A stretch of DNA of 64,000 bases, taken from positions 18,352,001 to 18,416,000 of the forward strand of contig NC_087451.1 in NCBI RefSeq assembly GCF_036321535.1, read 5' to 3'. Below the pieces are notes generated by a model. It was not told the DNA's origin and ran no database searches. It saw nothing but the letters and a program-made list of their open reading frames with translations. How positions within the stretch are numbered: the first letter of the stretch is position 1; each line of letters starts with the position of its first letter. The position numbers were made by a program, and so were the translations under genes. This DNA comes from Camelus dromedarius. Its lineage: Eukaryota. Shown piece by piece: positions 63,653 to 64,000 of this stretch.

Positions 63653-64000
63653 CTACGGTCCCAGGGAGGCACGGGAAGGAAAAGCATCTGTCAGCCAAGG
63701 CCCCTGCCGGTCAGCCCCCTGCAGGAGGGCCGGCGCCCCTGGTGCCAGGATTGGTACAAGCTGGAGAGCAGGGGCCGCAGACCTTGCTGAGAGTAGGAGG
63801 GAAGCTGGGGGAGGTTTACTGTTGGGAGAGACAGGGAAGGTGGGGTAAGGGAGGGGGTCTGGGTCCAGAGTAGGTGCCCAGCAAATCCCTGAAACTGTAG
63901 ACAAACGACGTGGGCTTGTGCATTTCCCTGGGCTTTCCTCAGGCGCTCCCTAGGACCCGTGAAGCCCCGATGGTTAAAAGCCCCTGCTCTGGAGCAGGCA

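Overview
Mammalian genomic DNA, probably a camelid (tRNA-derived Vic-1-like SINEs; no Alu, Bov-tA or PRE1 seen), syntenic with human 17p13.2 in reverse orientation. Gene order: ENO3(-), PFN1(+), RNF167(-), SLC25A11(+), GP1BA(-), a ~22 kb repeat-rich interval ending in a decayed two-LTR class I ERV, CHRNE(+) with C17orf107(-) nested in intron 8, and MINK1(-, exon 5 to the 3' end). I derived exon boundaries by hand from splice sites and reading phase. Seven short N gaps hide several exons. The most interesting uncharacterised signals are three candidate stop/frameshift ('poison') exons in an AT-rich MINK1 intron, a phase-compatible three-exon 91-aa ORF behind an E2F-like site at 35.6-37.8 kb, and an ERV 3' LTR that places a TATA box and a second N-box 1.2 kb upstream of CHRNE. 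Others are a MINK1 micro-exon with a bipartite QKI-type element, exon-like remnants between SLC25A11 and GP1BA, and lineage-specific changes in GPIb-alpha. All comparisons with human, cow or mouse proteins are from memory and need alignment.
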